From positions 1-26,025 of the IMG/VR virus record IMGVR_UViG_3300023214_000502: a stretch of DNA of 26,025 bases. One strand, 5' to 3'. The notes beneath the pieces are model-generated. The model searched no databases. It was not told the DNA's origin and saw only the letters and a list, made by a program, of their open reading frames with translations. Position numbers and translations under genes: made by a program. The DNA is from a virus (lineage: Duplodnaviria; Caudoviricetes). This document shows positions 25,175-26,025 of the stretch, piece after piece (within the stretch, counting starts at the first letter, position 1; every line of letters starts with the position of its first letter).

Positions 25175-25884
25175 ATAAGCCGAGAATTAAAGAATGTGGT
25201 ATCTATAAGATAGAATGTATCCCAACTGGAAAAATATATATTGGAAGTTCAGATTTTATCTATAGAAGATTTGGCGCTCATAGGCGAGTTTTAAATAAAA
25301 ATAAGCACGACAACGAATATTTGCAGCGCGCTTGGAATAAGCATGGTTCTATAAATTTTATATTTTCAGTTGTTGAAATTTGTAGCGAAGTTGACCTTCT
25401 TAGTAGAGAACTGTATTTTATGCAAAAATATAAATCGTTTTTACGAAAATTTGGATTTAATTTAGTAAACAATCCAATTAGAAAGACTCACTCAGAAGAG
25501 ACAAAACTTAAGCTTTCAAAGAAACGAATTGGGTGCTTAAATCCATTTTACGGTAAAGAACACAGCAAAGAAGCTAAAGAAAAAATTTCCAGGTTTTCTT
25601 GCGGTAAAAATAATCCGTTTTACGGTAGAAAACACACGAGTGAGTCTAAGGAAAAAATTAGCAAATCGTCCAAGAGTAGAACACACCCACTAAGTTCTCG
25701 TGAAAAAGTAAGTCGAAATAATCCAAGAAGAAAATTCACAGATAGCCAAATAACAAAGATAAGACATCTTTGTAAGCAGGGTAATTTTACCCAAGCCACA
25801 ATAGCTAATCTTTATAATACAGATAGCGGAACTATTTCTAGGATTAAAAATAAGAAAATCTATATATTCGTAGAGGATAAATGA
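25171..25884 (+). CDS. free-standing GIY-YIG homing endonuclease with NUMOD3 repeats and terminal HTH
   Basis: GIYKI...KIYIGSS, RRF..H, LQRAWNKHG, RE, FNL; HSEETKLKLS-type repeats; AT-rich. Confidence 0.92.
   Translation: MNKPRIKECGIYKIECIPTGKIYIGSSDFIYRRFGAHRRVLNKNKHDNEYLQRAWNKHGSINFIFSVVEICSEVDLLSRELYFMQKYKSFLRKFGFNLVNNPIRKTHSEETKLKLSKKRIGCLNPFYGKEHSKEAKEKISRFSCGKNNPFYGRKHTSESKEKISKSSKSRTHPLSSREKVSRNNPRRKFTDSQITKIRHLCKQGNFTQATIANLYNTDSGTISRIKNKKIYIFVEDK
25540..25662 (+). repeat. two NUMOD3-type repeat units with 72-nt period
   Basis: NPFYGKEHSKEAKEKIS at 25540 and NPFYGRKHTSESKEKIS at 25612; both start AATCCnTTTTACGGTA. Confidence 0.8.
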
Positions 25885-26025
25885 GAAACTACAACGAACT
25901 AAACGAAGCATTTCATGGTGAGCGATTTCAAGGCGTTGCGCGCGAGTGGACGCCAGACGATGTATTGAAGTTAAGAGGTCCGCATTTCATCGAACACACA
26001 ATAGCTCGCCAAATGTCAAGTCGAC
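25881..26025 (+). CDS. aceA: isocitrate lyase, N-terminus (runs off the window)
   Basis: Not in the track. MRNYNELNEAFHGERFQGVAREWTPDDVLKLRGPHFIEHTIARQMSSR matches the AceA N-terminal pattern RW.GI.R.Y..EDV.KLRGS..IEHTLAR; GAGGA RBS; adjacent to aceB. Confidence 0.8.
   Translation, partial: MRNYNELNEAFHGERFQGVAREWTPDDVLKLRGPHFIEHTIARQMSSR

Noticed and set aside
826-25911. Minus-strand and nested alternative-frame ORFs in the track
   Set aside because: They shadow well-supported plus-strand genes and show no motifs.
1-26025. Stop-codon reassignment, suggested by the release-factor-like gene
   Set aside because: TAA, TGA and TAG (e.g. 5522, 8754, 13353, 15634) all end genes at natural boundaries, and long genes are intact in code 11.
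1-26025. tRNA, rRNA, structured ncRNA or intrinsic terminators
   Set aside because: Intergenic gaps are at most about 70 nt, and I saw no cloverleaf or strong hairpin followed by a U-tract.

Overview
A densely packed, entirely plus-strand block of about 33 translationally coupled genes, most consistent with a large (jumbo-type) dsDNA phage read in the standard genetic code. Replisome: DnaB, DnaG, SSB, a Cas4/RecB-like nuclease, and a DnaE polymerase split into two genes about 2 kb apart with no split intein. Nucleotide metabolism: HAD deoxyribonucleotidase, dATP/dGTP diphosphohydrolase, NUDIX, ThyX, dUTPase and thymidine kinase. Also present are a miniature GGQ release-factor-like protein, four glycosyltransferases, three LAGLIDADG inteins (one in DnaE, two in glycosyltransferases), free-standing HNH and GIY-YIG homing endonucleases, and a decayed one. 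The right end carries malate synthase and the start of isocitrate lyase, i.e. an apparently virus-encoded glyoxylate shunt. I found no GATC in the 26 kb by eye. All calls rest on motif recognition; no database searches were run.
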